From a candidate division CPR2 bacterium GW2011_GWC2_39_35 (GTDB taxonomy: Bacteria > Patescibacteriota > CPR2), in NCBI GenBank assembly GCA_000995065.1, contig LBWX01000003.1:22304-86303 (forward strand): 64,000 nucleotides of DNA, written 5' to 3'. The notes beneath the pieces are model-generated. The model was not told where the DNA came from. It searched no databases and saw nothing but the letters and a program-made list of their open reading frames with translations. Made by a program: the position numbers and the translations under genes. Shown here one piece after another: positions 52,175 through 61,260 of the stretch. Position 1 is the stretch's first letter. Every line of letters starts with the position of its first letter.

Positions 52175-52585
52175 TTATGATTCTTTTCTGCCGCGTGTAT
52201 TAAACACAAGAATTCGCTCAACCGAAGTTGTTTCAAATTTCGTTCCATCGACATTCCCAGTTTGATACGCTCTCATATGATGCCCGACTTCGATTTTATC
52301 AATTATCATTGACCCGAAGTCCTTAAATGGATCAATCTTCACAACCCTGAATTGTAGCCCTTGCAGGATCGCTTCCTGCTCCAGATAGTATTTGCTGCCA
52401 CTTTTAGTTTCTACAATGACATGATAACTGGACAGGCATTGGTTCGTACTGATAGCATCAGCAATCCGTAGATCATACGATGCAAACAAGTTGAGCACGC
52501 TTTCCACTTCTGTGGTTCTGTTATTAGACGCATCCATCGCAATCGATCTCCTCTCGGTCTTAAAAGCTTTAAGCTTCATGAACAA
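52175..52585 (-). CDS. Hypothetical protein (ETKSGSKY...TTSV pattern)
   Basis: Own TTGACA-17-TATAAG promoter at about 52618-52646; start may be at the internal MDASN after GAGGAG. Confidence 0.6.
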   Translation of the reverse strand: MFMKLKAFKTERRSIAMDASNNRTTEVESVLNLFASYDLRIADAISTNQCLSSYHVIVETKSGSKYYLEQEAILQGLQFRVVKIDPFKDFGSMIIDKIEVGHHMRAYQTGNVDGTKFETTSVERILVFNTRGRKES

Positions 52586-52750
52586 TTTGTCAAACGTAAC
52601 GTATTGTTACATTATCCCTTATACCACATTTTTTTCATTTTGTCAATAGTTTTTGAGAAAATCGCTTTTTCCTTATATAATTCTGGCTTTGGAAAGGGGA
52701 ATATTTATTCTTAAATTATCGACAATTGGCCTATCTATCCACTAATAATC

Positions 52751-53092
52751 TACCACCGGCTCTCGAGCCGGTGGTATTTATATTGCCCGACGGGCTACCT
52801 TGGACCCAACATTTCGAAAGAATTGAGATGGACTTGTCGAAGTGAACATCTCAAAAACAGCTGTTTAAGGAAGTCCTCTGACGAGTTCTGCTTTTTGAGA
52901 GTGAACGAGACTTAGTCCTAATCCAATTCTGAAGATCGTTGGGCAGTTTTACTCCACTTTTGCTGTTAAAAGTGGAAAAGAAAATAACTTTAGAAGTTTA
53001 TATATAATTTAAATATCCTTTAAACAAACGAGCTTAAAACAAATTTTACTAGCTTCGCTTTAAACGTACACACCAGCTAACGCTGGTGGTTT
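52751..53092. mobile_element. Putative non-autonomous IS200/IS605-like element with an internal long hairpin
   Basis: Terminal hairpins TACCACCGGCTC/GAGCCGGTGGTA and CACCAGC-TAAC-GCTGGTG(GTTT) resemble IS200/605 subterminal palindromes; no ORF inside. Confidence 0.45.
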
Positions 53093-53262
53093 ATAGCTTG
53101 TAACAGAAAAGACCTCGTTGCCGAGGCCTCTTTTAATTTTGAGTTTAAACTTGCACTTTTGATTTTTGAACTTTGAATTACTATACGGTAGTTCTCCACC
53201 CCCGATGGACATCGGGGAGTCGAACAATATCACCCATTAGCCTATTCGCCAATTAGCCAACC

Positions 53263-53451
53263 TTACTCTTCTACCTCAATGGCGCCGGCGGGACAAGATT
53301 CCGCAATTTCATTAAGATCGCATGATTCACAATTACAGCTTTCTGCCTTTACATGACATTTATTATCATCTCGAAGCTCAAAAACTTCCTCGCAGGAATT
53401 TACACAAACCCCACACCCGATACATAAATTTTGATCTACAGTTACTTTCAT
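53263..53451 (-). CDS. Ferredoxin (single 4Fe-4S)
   Basis: CIGCGVC...CPAGAI; AGGAGG RBS. Confidence 0.93.
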   Translation of the reverse strand: MKVTVDQNLCIGCGVCVNSCEEVFELRDDNKCHVKAESCNCESCDLNEIAESCPAGAIEVEE

Positions 53452-53870
53452 TTTTCCTCCTTAAAAGATTGAATAACAATACCAACATTTTAAGCCAAGC
53501 TCAACCATTTTGCAAGCCTTCCTAAAAACAACTTCACCAAAAACACACCTGTAATTATCAATTAAGACTAGAAGTAAAAAGAGACATTTAAGAACGATGA
53601 TGTTTTCGATCTCTTTTATTTCACGATCGTGAGATAAAAGAGATCGCATTGTGACTAATAATTCCTCAAAGCTCTTCTGCAAAACCTTACTGGATAAACT
53701 TCCATGGGCTTAAGCCACATGGTATTAGCCGTTTCGATCCTGAACTCGTCCAAAATCCCTAGGATTTTGGACGCACTTTATCCCTAGGCTTGCACCAAAA
53801 TTATTGTGGATGAAGAATAAAACGTGATTTATGCCCTCAAGATTCCTCATTAAGCCGTTTCGCGGTTATT

Positions 53871-54320
53871 TTAAGATTCTGCACCTACTAGCACAAATCC
53901 AATCTTTGATGCAGATTCAACCGGAAGCTTGTTGGCTAGCCAATCATCCATGCCCCCTTGATGTACAAAAACCGATAATTTATTTTCTTTAAACAGATTT
54001 ATTGCCTCAGAAATATCATTGGTATCCTTACCGGTAACAATATAAGACCTGTCTTTGGGCAAATTTTCGATTACTTTTCTAAGATCATCGATATTATAAT
54101 TCATGGCATTCGGAATATGGCCACTCTTAAATGAAGATGAATCTCTAATATCTAAAATAATATATTCATTATTATTTTTCTCGACTATTTGATAGACCTG
54201 GTTTGAGGTTATTATTCCTTCGTGTTTTTCACCTGTCATTCTTTTAGCCAGAACGCCGCCCTGCCAGACCACCATAACAAGAACAACAAACCAACAAATC
54301 GGTACATATTTTTTTAACAT
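53871..54320 (-). CDS. Rhodanese-like domain protein with an N-terminal anchor, lacking the catalytic Cys
   Basis: LDIR..FKSGHIPNA, GGMDDW..LPV; IVTG at the usual Cys position. Confidence 0.85.
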   Translation of the reverse strand: MLKKYVPICWFVVLVMVVWQGGVLAKRMTGEKHEGIITSNQVYQIVEKNNNEYIILDIRDSSSFKSGHIPNAMNYNIDDLRKVIENLPKDRSYIVTGKDTNDISEAINLFKENKLSVFVHQGGMDDWLANKLPVESASKIGFVLVGAES

Positions 54321-55081
54321 TCTCCCTCCTTGCCATGAGTCGAATGGTGTGTGGCTCCGCCGTGTTTCAAATGGTTCATAGGCCCTTTCAAATTATCACC
54401 GGATTCCAGCAAATCCGGCCTCTTTTCTTTTGTTTTCTCTAAAGATTTTTCTTCTCGCCACTTTTCGATGTTTGCGTGATGTCCCGAGAGTAGCACTCCC
54501 GGCACTTTTTTTTCCATAAACTCCTCCGGACGCGTGTATTGAGGATATTCCAACAAACCATCTGTAAACGATTCTATTTCCGTCGCCTCCTCTTTTGTGA
54601 GAACACCGGGGATCAGTCTGAAAACAGCCTCAACAACTGCCATTGCCGCTACTTCGCCACCATTTAAAATAAAATCACCAATTGATAATTCTTCGTCCAC
54701 AAAATCTCTAATCCGCTCATCAAAACCTTCGTATCGCCCGCAAATAAACAAAACATTCTCGTATTTTGTAAGATCCTTGGCCTTAGGCTCATTAAAAACT
54801 TTGCCCTGAGGCGTAAGTAATACTATTCTACTCTTTGCCCGATCCCATTCTTTAGTTATTTCTCTAATAGCTCTTACAACAACTGGCGCCATCAAAACCA
54901 TACCTGTGCCGCCTCCATAAGGCGAATCGTCAACTTGTTTATGAGGGCCAATACCCCAATCTCTAAGACTATAAAGATGAACGCTAATTAAGCCTTGCTC
55001 TTTAGCGCGGTAAAGAATGCTCTCAGTTAAAAAACCGGAAAATATATCGGGAAATAATGTTAGGATGTGGAAATTAAGCAT
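54314..55081 (-). CDS. trmD: tRNA (guanine37-N1)-methyltransferase
   Basis: LTLFP, VDDSPYGGG, CGRYEGFDER, SIGDFILNGGE, LEYPQYTRP. Confidence 0.98.
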   Translation of the reverse strand: MLNFHILTLFPDIFSGFLTESILYRAKEQGLISVHLYSLRDWGIGPHKQVDDSPYGGGTGMVLMAPVVVRAIREITKEWDRAKSRIVLLTPQGKVFNEPKAKDLTKYENVLFICGRYEGFDERIRDFVDEELSIGDFILNGGEVAAMAVVEAVFRLIPGVLTKEEATEIESFTDGLLEYPQYTRPEEFMEKKVPGVLLSGHHANIEKWREEKSLEKTKEKRPDLLESGDNLKGPMNHLKHGGATHHSTHGKEGEC

Positions 55082-55104
55082 AAAATTAGAGAAATTAGAC
55101 ATTA

Positions 55105-55130
55105 TTAAAAGCCCCTTTTGGGGCTTTTAA
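55105..55130. terminator. Intrinsic terminator after khpA
   Basis: TTAAAAGCCCC-TTTT-GGGGCTTTTAA. Confidence 0.7.
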
Positions 55131-55466
55131 TTATAATTCAAGATCTTTTGCTAATTCTTGTACTTCGTCTTGTGCGGACTTTTCTTTTCTTTCTGGAGTT
55201 CTTTCTCCATCTTCTTTGCCTGGTTCAACAATCTTTAAGTTTAGTCTGGCATCATGTTTAGCACCTAGAACTCTAAGTAAAGTTCGAATTGATTTGGCGG
55301 TTTTACCGTCCTTACCAATAATCTTACCCATATCTTCCGGGGCAACGCTGAGTTCTAGCAAAACTCCCATTTCATCAATTGTCCGGTTGACTTCAACCTG
55401 TTCAGGATTGTCAACAATAGACTTTACGACAAATTCGACAAATTCCTTGTCAGCGATCTCTGCCAT
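55131..55466 (-). CDS. khpA: KH-domain RNA-binding protein (KhpA/YlqC)
   Basis: DMGKIIGKDGKTAKSIR; rpsP-khpA-trmD synteny. Confidence 0.92.
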   Translation of the reverse strand: MAEIADKEFVEFVVKSIVDNPEQVEVNRTIDEMGVLLELSVAPEDMGKIIGKDGKTAKSIRTLLRVLGAKHDARLNLKIVEPGKEDGERTPERKEKSAQDEVQELAKDLEL

Positions 55467-55544
55467 TTTTTCCTCCTTACCTTAACGGTTTACCAAGTAC
55501 CATGAAATGGCACGTGGTTGGCTATAATTTGTTAATAAAACTAA

Positions 55545-56024
55545 TTATTTAGCTTCTTTTGACTTTTCCTCAGCTTCTTCGGTCTTTTCTTCTTTCTCTT
55601 CCTCAGGAGCTTCGGTAGCTTCAGTCACTTCTTCGCTCGTTACCTCTTCGGCCTCCGCTGTTACTTCTTCAGTCTTGGTTTCAGGTACTTTTCCTGTTGC
55701 AGCCTCTTCGGCCTTAACTGGCTTCTCTTCTTTTACTTCTTTCTCTTCCTTTTCCTTAGGTTCAACTCTCTTAATTTCCACCCATTCCGGCATCTTAATT
55801 TTGTGACGCTCAAACAAAATAGCCAAAGAATTAGATGGTTGAGCACCCTTATCGAACCAGCTTTTTACTTTAGCTTCATCAACTTTGAACTCTTTGGAAT
55901 GCGGGTTGTACCAGCCAAGATATTCAATAACTTTTGCGGTAACGTGTCTTCTTGAATCTGCAACAACGATTCTCCAAGTAGCGTACCTTTTCTTCCCTGT
56001 ACGGGTTAATCTCATTCGGATCAA
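55545..56024 (-). CDS. rpsP: 30S ribosomal protein S16 with an acidic C-terminal extension
   Basis: MRLTRTGKK..WRIVVADSR, LGWYNP, GAQPS. Confidence 0.96.
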   Translation of the reverse strand: MIRMRLTRTGKKRYATWRIVVADSRRHVTAKVIEYLGWYNPHSKEFKVDEAKVKSWFDKGAQPSNSLAILFERHKIKMPEWVEIKRVEPKEKEEKEVKEEKPVKAEEAATGKVPETKTEEVTAEAEEVTSEEVTEATEAPEEEKEEKTEEAEEKSKEAK

Positions 56025-56176
56025 GATTTACTCCTTTTTTCTAAACTTTACTGCTTACTTATTATACATAAAATAACTAAAAAGTCAAATGTCATTCAAA
56101 TAAAAAAGAGGCTCTTTGTCGGACTAGAAGGATGGGTATTTGGGTATATACCCATCCTTCTAATCTTTTGAGCCTC

Positions 56177-56425
56177 TTATACTGCTACTGCTTCGTATAA
56201 ATGCCTGACCGTTGCTCGGGTTGGCACGCACTTTGAACTGATAAAATCAGTCACCTCACAAACCCCCCTGCAACGTTCTCCGGCATTTAAATAGGCTAGG
56301 AAGTGAAATGACATATTGGGATCAATAAGACCCTGCTCCACTCCCTTTCTCTGCTCAATACAGATAGTACATCTACAGATACGTACTATCGCACTATTCT
56401 TCATCAGCATCCCCCTCTTAGACAT
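56177..56425 (-). CDS. Small Cys-rich hypothetical protein
   Basis: CRCTIC, CRGVC; followed by a long hairpin terminator at about 56102-56179. Confidence 0.55.
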   Translation of the reverse strand: MSKRGMLMKNSAIVRICRCTICIEQRKGVEQGLIDPNMSFHFLAYLNAGERCRGVCEVTDFISSKCVPTRATVRHLYEAVAV

Positions 56426-56973
56426 TAACCGGAAGGCGTTGGAGCTGCATATACAGCACCCGCCGATCTAACCACTTTCCCCGCTCTTGCCGTAAATCTA
56501 ACACACGCTTCACCGCAAAGCAACGGAACAACGACCTGTGTTTGATTGAAGTTGATTATTTCCTCTTCAATCTCTTCTTTGCCAGTCGTATTCAATATCA
56601 GTGCCTGTAGTCTTAATGCTCTTATAAACCGTTCGGTCTCCTTGTGCCCATAGAGACCTTTTGATGCAACGAATGTCATCATGAGCATAGAAACCAAGAA
56701 TGTTAGATCGGGGCCAAAACGATCTAAGCTGACCGAATCGAATTCGAGCCTTCCATTCTTTCTCATTTGAAGCACTTGTGCTGGAGACAAGTACTCCATT
56801 GTGACCGGAGCGGAACTCCCGCTTGCCCGGTCGACCGTAATTTTGCCATCCTTGCCACGGGATACCTTAAACACATCAGCTTCTTCTTTATAGACTTGGA
56901 CAAGTTTTTCCCAGGTAAGAGGAAGACACCCTTTAGCCTGATTTTGCGAAGATTTCCTCTCTTCTTGCGCCAT
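56425..56973 (-). CDS. Hypothetical protein
   Basis: AAGGAG RBS; perfect promoter upstream. Confidence 0.7.
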   Translation of the reverse strand: MAQEERKSSQNQAKGCLPLTWEKLVQVYKEEADVFKVSRGKDGKITVDRASGSSAPVTMEYLSPAQVLQMRKNGRLEFDSVSLDRFGPDLTFLVSMLMMTFVASKGLYGHKETERFIRALRLQALILNTTGKEEIEEEIINFNQTQVVVPLLCGEACVRFTARAGKVVRSAGAVYAAPTPSG

Positions 56974-57195
56974 GACAACTCCTTTTGTGTTTTTCGAATC
57001 TACAATTCTTGTTACCTTCTCTTGTTTTCTCCGTGGGCAGGACAGCGCTCTTGCTGCGACAAGACTGAATCTCTAACACCTCCTTTAGCATAAATATTTG
57101 ACTATACCCTTGGGCGGGCAGGACATGAGAATGCTGATTTATTATAAATTTAAGGAACTTTTCATAAACTGATATATTTAAAAACTGTACATGAA

Positions 57196-57224
57196 ATTAT
57201 ACAAATAATTAGTGATTATGTCAA
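57196..57224 (-). promoter_or_regulatory. Consensus sigma70 promoter
   Basis: TTGACA-17 nt-TATAAT. Confidence 0.75.
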
Positions 57225-57257
57225 TGTTTTGTTGGGTTTTACCCATAAATAGCCAGA

Positions 57258-60200
57258 TTAGCCTACATTCTCCAGCTTCACCGAAAGCAGGCTTGAGATA
57301 TGGTTTTCGTCCATGGTAACGCCGTAAAGAATATCGGTCACTTTCATGGTTTCCCGATTATGAGTTATAAAAACGAATTGGGTTTTTTTAGAAAGCTCTT
57401 TTATAATCTTTAAGAATCTCTCGGTATTAGATTCGTCTAAAGCCGCATCCACCTCGTCTAAGACTACAAAAGGACTCGGATTAAGATCTAAGATTGCCGC
57501 CAATAATGACAGCGCCGTTAGAGTCCTTTCTCCACCGGACAAGGCATTAATGTTATCCATTCTTTTTCCCGGTGGTTTTGCGCTAATATCAATATTGCCT
57601 TCAGCATCAATTTTTAATTCCGCTTTCCCGCCCACAAAAAGAATCTCAAAATAGCGGCTAAAGTTCTGAGCAATTTTATTAAATGCCGCGTTAAACTGAT
57701 TTTTGATCTGCCGATCCAGTTCCTCTATCACTTTGGATAGATCCTCTTTAGCCCGAGATAAATCTACCAGTTGTCCGGACAAAAAAACATAACGCTCGTC
57801 TACTTCCATATATTCTTCCCTAACCAGAGGATCAATGTCGCCAATTGAAATCACCTTGATGTTTAACTTTTCAATTTTGCGCTCCAGATCTAGAAAAATG
57901 TCTTTAGGCAGATCAACTATCTTTATCTTGCCGCTTTCTAGATTTTCTACGAAAGTGGTTCCAAGCTCTTTTTTGGCTTCATATTCCAAATCATCCTTCT
58001 TGGTTTCCAATTTGGCAATCTCAATCTTAAGAGATGATATTTGTCCTTCTATTTCGTGGATTAAAGACTGCTTGCTTCTTATCTTAGACGTAAGTTCGGA
58101 AGTTCCTTCGCTTCGAAGACCTTCCCCCTCTACTTTATTTAACTCGTCACGCTGTTTTTCAATTTCTTTTTCTTTCAGGTCCAATTCTTTTTTAAGCCCC
58201 TCCGAGAAGCTTGAGATCTCATTTACTTCCTTATTGGCCTCGACAGAATCTTGCATCTTACCCTTAAGCTTTTCTATCTCCTCACTGAGTTCTCTTTTTT
58301 CGGCCTCTCTAGCCCGAACATCCATCTTTACTCCAGAGATATCCGCCCGAAAAGCATCAATCAGACTATAAATCTCTTGCCTTAAATTCGAGGAGCCATT
58401 AATATCCTCTTCTTTTTCCACTTCTCTAAGTTCCTCTTTTAGAGTATTTATTTCTTTTTCTTTTTTATCTAAATCTGTTTTCAGCTCGGATAAATTTTTT
58501 TCTAACTCGCTAATCTCTTTCCCGGCCCCTCTTATCTTGTTTATTTTTTCATTTAGTTGACGAATTTCTTCATTTATATTTTTTTCTTCAAACTCTTTGG
58601 CGCTCACAACCGCTTTTATTTTAGAAGCCTCGCTTCTAAACAGATCAATTTGTTCGTAAAGTTCTTGCTTTACTCGTACCTTCGAATTAATTTCTTTTTC
58701 TAAATCTACAATTTTATTAAAGGTATCCGATTTCTCGGGTTTTACCTTGCCCAAGAGATCCTTTAACTTTTTCTCAGTATCTGCTAGCAGACTTTTCAAA
58801 CCGGATAATTCATCGAAGCTGCCAACGTTTTGCACTTTAGCTATAAGACTTAAAAATAAATCATAAAAAACGTTAAATTCGTCGGCAAAGGCAAGCTGGT
58901 CGAATTTGGTCTCTTTCTTTAAATTCTGGATGATCTCTTCGTAATTTTTAAGTTTGTCATTTGTTTCTTCAAGTCTGTTTTCCGCTTCTTCTAATCCCGA
59001 TACCTTCGACTCCAATTCTTTTACGAGGTTCCCCATCTCTTTAATTAAGTCATCCAATTTTGATTTTTTTTCATGAGCCAAATTCTCCAAATCCTTTAAG
59101 CTAACTCCCGTCATCGCTCTATTGACATCTAATTTGCTGGAAACCTGCAAGTATTTTTCTCTTATATCTTCTTTTTCCCTAACATTTTTGTCTATTTCTG
59201 CTCTTAGATTTTTTAAGCTCTCCAGCCTTTGGTCTTGCTTTTTTCTGGCGCTTTCATTTAAATCTTTAAGTCTTTCTTCCGCCCCGTGGAGTTTAGTAGT
59301 CTCTTCGTAAAGCTCAGACTGAAGATTGCCAATAATAAAACTTACGTCTTTTAATCTGATGTTTAACTTTTCGATATCTTTTTCCAGTTCCTTAGTATTT
59401 AAGTTAGCCAGAACCCTTTTTACTTCCAATTGGCTCGATATTTGAATTTGCCGGCCCCTAATACTTTCTCTCTGTGCTAGTTTTTGCTCGAGCTCTAGAC
59501 GTAATTTCCTCAAATTTTCGACTTTTTGGCGTTCTTTAGAAAGGCTTTCATCAAGCTCTTTATTGATTTGATCAAGCTCTTTTTTAATGGAGGCCGCTTC
59601 TTTATCAAGTTCGTTAAAGTTTTCCTTATTTATAAGAAGCTTGGAATCGATCTCGCCCCACACAGCAGCGTAATATTTTTCCTGAAGACCGGTTAACTCA
59701 TTTACGAACTCTTCTCTGGCTTCAGCTCTTTTAAATTGGCTTTTTAAGACTCTAAGGCGAGGTTCTAATTCCGTCACAATATCCTGAACCCGAACTAAGT
59801 TTTGTTCGGTGGCCGAGAGCTTCCTTACAGCCTGATCTTTCTGAAGCTCAAATTGCTTAACTTGCGCCGCTTCGCTAAAAAAAGCCTTTCTCTCTTCGGC
59901 ACCTAAAAACAGAAACTGATCCACCATTCCCTGGCCAATTACCGAATAGCTGGACCGCCCAAAACCGGCTTTGGCGAGTAACTCCTGAATATCAAAAAGG
60001 CGCGCCTTCTTACCGTTAATCATGTACTCGTTGTCACCGTTTCGGTATAGGCGCCTTGAGATCGAAACCTCGTTAAAATCGATTGGAGCTTTATTGTCTG
60101 AATTATCAAAAAGAAGTGAAACCTCAGCAAAAGAAGATCTGGATTTTTTTGCACTGCCCGCAAAAATGACGTCTTCACTCTTTTTGGCCCGAAGCAATTT

Positions 60201-60359
60201 ATAACTCTGCTCACCCAAAACCCACCTTATGGCATCTGAAATATTGGATTTTCCGGAACCGTTCGGACCAACAACGCCAACAATGCCCGGCTCGAAATCC
60301 AAAGAGTATTTCCCGGCAAAAGATTTAAAGCCGAATAGTTCGATTTTCTTTAAATACAA
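57258..60359 (-). CDS. smc: Chromosome segregation protein SMC (no recognisable hinge)
   Basis: GFKSF, GPNGSGKSN, QG, LSGGE, LDEVDAALD, ITH. Confidence 0.95.
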   Translation of the reverse strand: MYLKKIELFGFKSFAGKYSLDFEPGIVGVVGPNGSGKSNISDAIRWVLGEQSYKLLRAKKSEDVIFAGSAKKSRSSFAEVSLLFDNSDNKAPIDFNEVSISRRLYRNGDNEYMINGKKARLFDIQELLAKAGFGRSSYSVIGQGMVDQFLFLGAEERKAFFSEAAQVKQFELQKDQAVRKLSATEQNLVRVQDIVTELEPRLRVLKSQFKRAEAREEFVNELTGLQEKYYAAVWGEIDSKLLINKENFNELDKEAASIKKELDQINKELDESLSKERQKVENLRKLRLELEQKLAQRESIRGRQIQISSQLEVKRVLANLNTKELEKDIEKLNIRLKDVSFIIGNLQSELYEETTKLHGAEERLKDLNESARKKQDQRLESLKNLRAEIDKNVREKEDIREKYLQVSSKLDVNRAMTGVSLKDLENLAHEKKSKLDDLIKEMGNLVKELESKVSGLEEAENRLEETNDKLKNYEEIIQNLKKETKFDQLAFADEFNVFYDLFLSLIAKVQNVGSFDELSGLKSLLADTEKKLKDLLGKVKPEKSDTFNKIVDLEKEINSKVRVKQELYEQIDLFRSEASKIKAVVSAKEFEEKNINEEIRQLNEKINKIRGAGKEISELEKNLSELKTDLDKKEKEINTLKEELREVEKEEDINGSSNLRQEIYSLIDAFRADISGVKMDVRAREAEKRELSEEIEKLKGKMQDSVEANKEVNEISSFSEGLKKELDLKEKEIEKQRDELNKVEGEGLRSEGTSELTSKIRSKQSLIHEIEGQISSLKIEIAKLETKKDDLEYEAKKELGTTFVENLESGKIKIVDLPKDIFLDLERKIEKLNIKVISIGDIDPLVREEYMEVDERYVFLSGQLVDLSRAKEDLSKVIEELDRQIKNQFNAAFNKIAQNFSRYFEILFVGGKAELKIDAEGNIDISAKPPGKRMDNINALSGGERTLTALSLLAAILDLNPSPFVVLDEVDAALDESNTERFLKIIKELSKKTQFVFITHNRETMKVTDILYGVTMDENHISSLLSVKLENVG

Positions 60360-60558
60360 AAAAGCCTCACTTTGTTACTGCCCTATCATAGCAAAATCTT
60401 TTGATTAAATGAAGCTTAACCAAAAATTAAAAAAATCCAAATGACAAAGCCCAAATGTCAAATCAAATCCAAATTTCAAATGACAAAGAAGATTATTTGG
60501 TCATTAAATCATTTGTCATTCATTTGACATTTGTAATTTGAGCTTTGACATTTGAAAA

Positions 60559-61260
60559 CTACTTATAGTTTTTCAACGCGTCTTCGGCGGCAGATTGTTG
60601 CGCTAGCTGCTTTGATGGCCCTTTGCCTTTTCCAAGCATCTTCTCGCCTAGAAAAACACCGATCACAAACTCTTTGGCGTGATCCGGTCCGTATTCTTCG
60701 AGGACTTTGTACGACGGAGTTATGCCTTCTCGGTCCTGAGCTAATTCTTGAAACCTGCTCTTTGGGTCGATATATAATTCTTTTTCTAAAATAGTCGGCA
60801 ATTCACTAATAATATCTTTTAAAATAAACTGTTTGGCCACCTCATAACCCTGATCCATGTAGATGGCGCCAATTATGGCTTCCATCGCATTGGCAAGAAT
60901 CACGTCCCTTGCTCGGCCGACACTCTTTTTTTCACCCCTGCTTAAAAGGAGATAGTCTTCGATATCCAAGCTTTTAGCGACTTTAGATAAGTTTTCGGCT
61001 TTTACCAAAGCAGAGCGCCAGTTTGTTAGCTCGCCTTCCGGATTGGGATAATTGTCGTACAAATAATGAGTGACCACCAATTCCAAAACTGCATCGCCCA
61101 AAAACTCTAGCCTTTCATTATGCCCAATCTTAAAATCGGAGTGTTCATTAAGATAAGACCTGTGCACCAAAGCCTGTAGCAGAAGATCTTTATTTTTAAA
61201 GCTTACCTTTAATCTATCTTCGAGTTTTTGAATTTTGAGTTTCTCATCAATCATTGTCAT
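60559..61260 (-). CDS. rnc: Ribonuclease III
   Basis: HRSY, NERLEFLGDAVL, dsRBD. Confidence 0.98.
   Translation of the reverse strand: MTMIDEKLKIQKLEDRLKVSFKNKDLLLQALVHRSYLNEHSDFKIGHNERLEFLGDAVLELVVTHYLYDNYPNPEGELTNWRSALVKAENLSKVAKSLDIEDYLLLSRGEKKSVGRARDVILANAMEAIIGAIYMDQGYEVAKQFILKDIISELPTILEKELYIDPKSRFQELAQDREGITPSYKVLEEYGPDHAKEFVIGVFLGEKMLGKGKGPSKQLAQQSAAEDALKNYK

Noticed and set aside
53461-53682. 73-aa ORF upstream of the ferredoxin
   Set aside because: TTG start, crosses a long palindrome and the probable ferredoxin promoter region.
36947-56561. Array-guide matches elsewhere in the window (AATCTTTGTATC at 36947-36958; GTTGATTATTT at 56551-56561; AATCAATTA near 17982)
   Set aside because: AT-rich 9-12-mers are expected by chance in 64 kb, and partner-guide matches were partial with inconsistent geometry; not accepted as targets.
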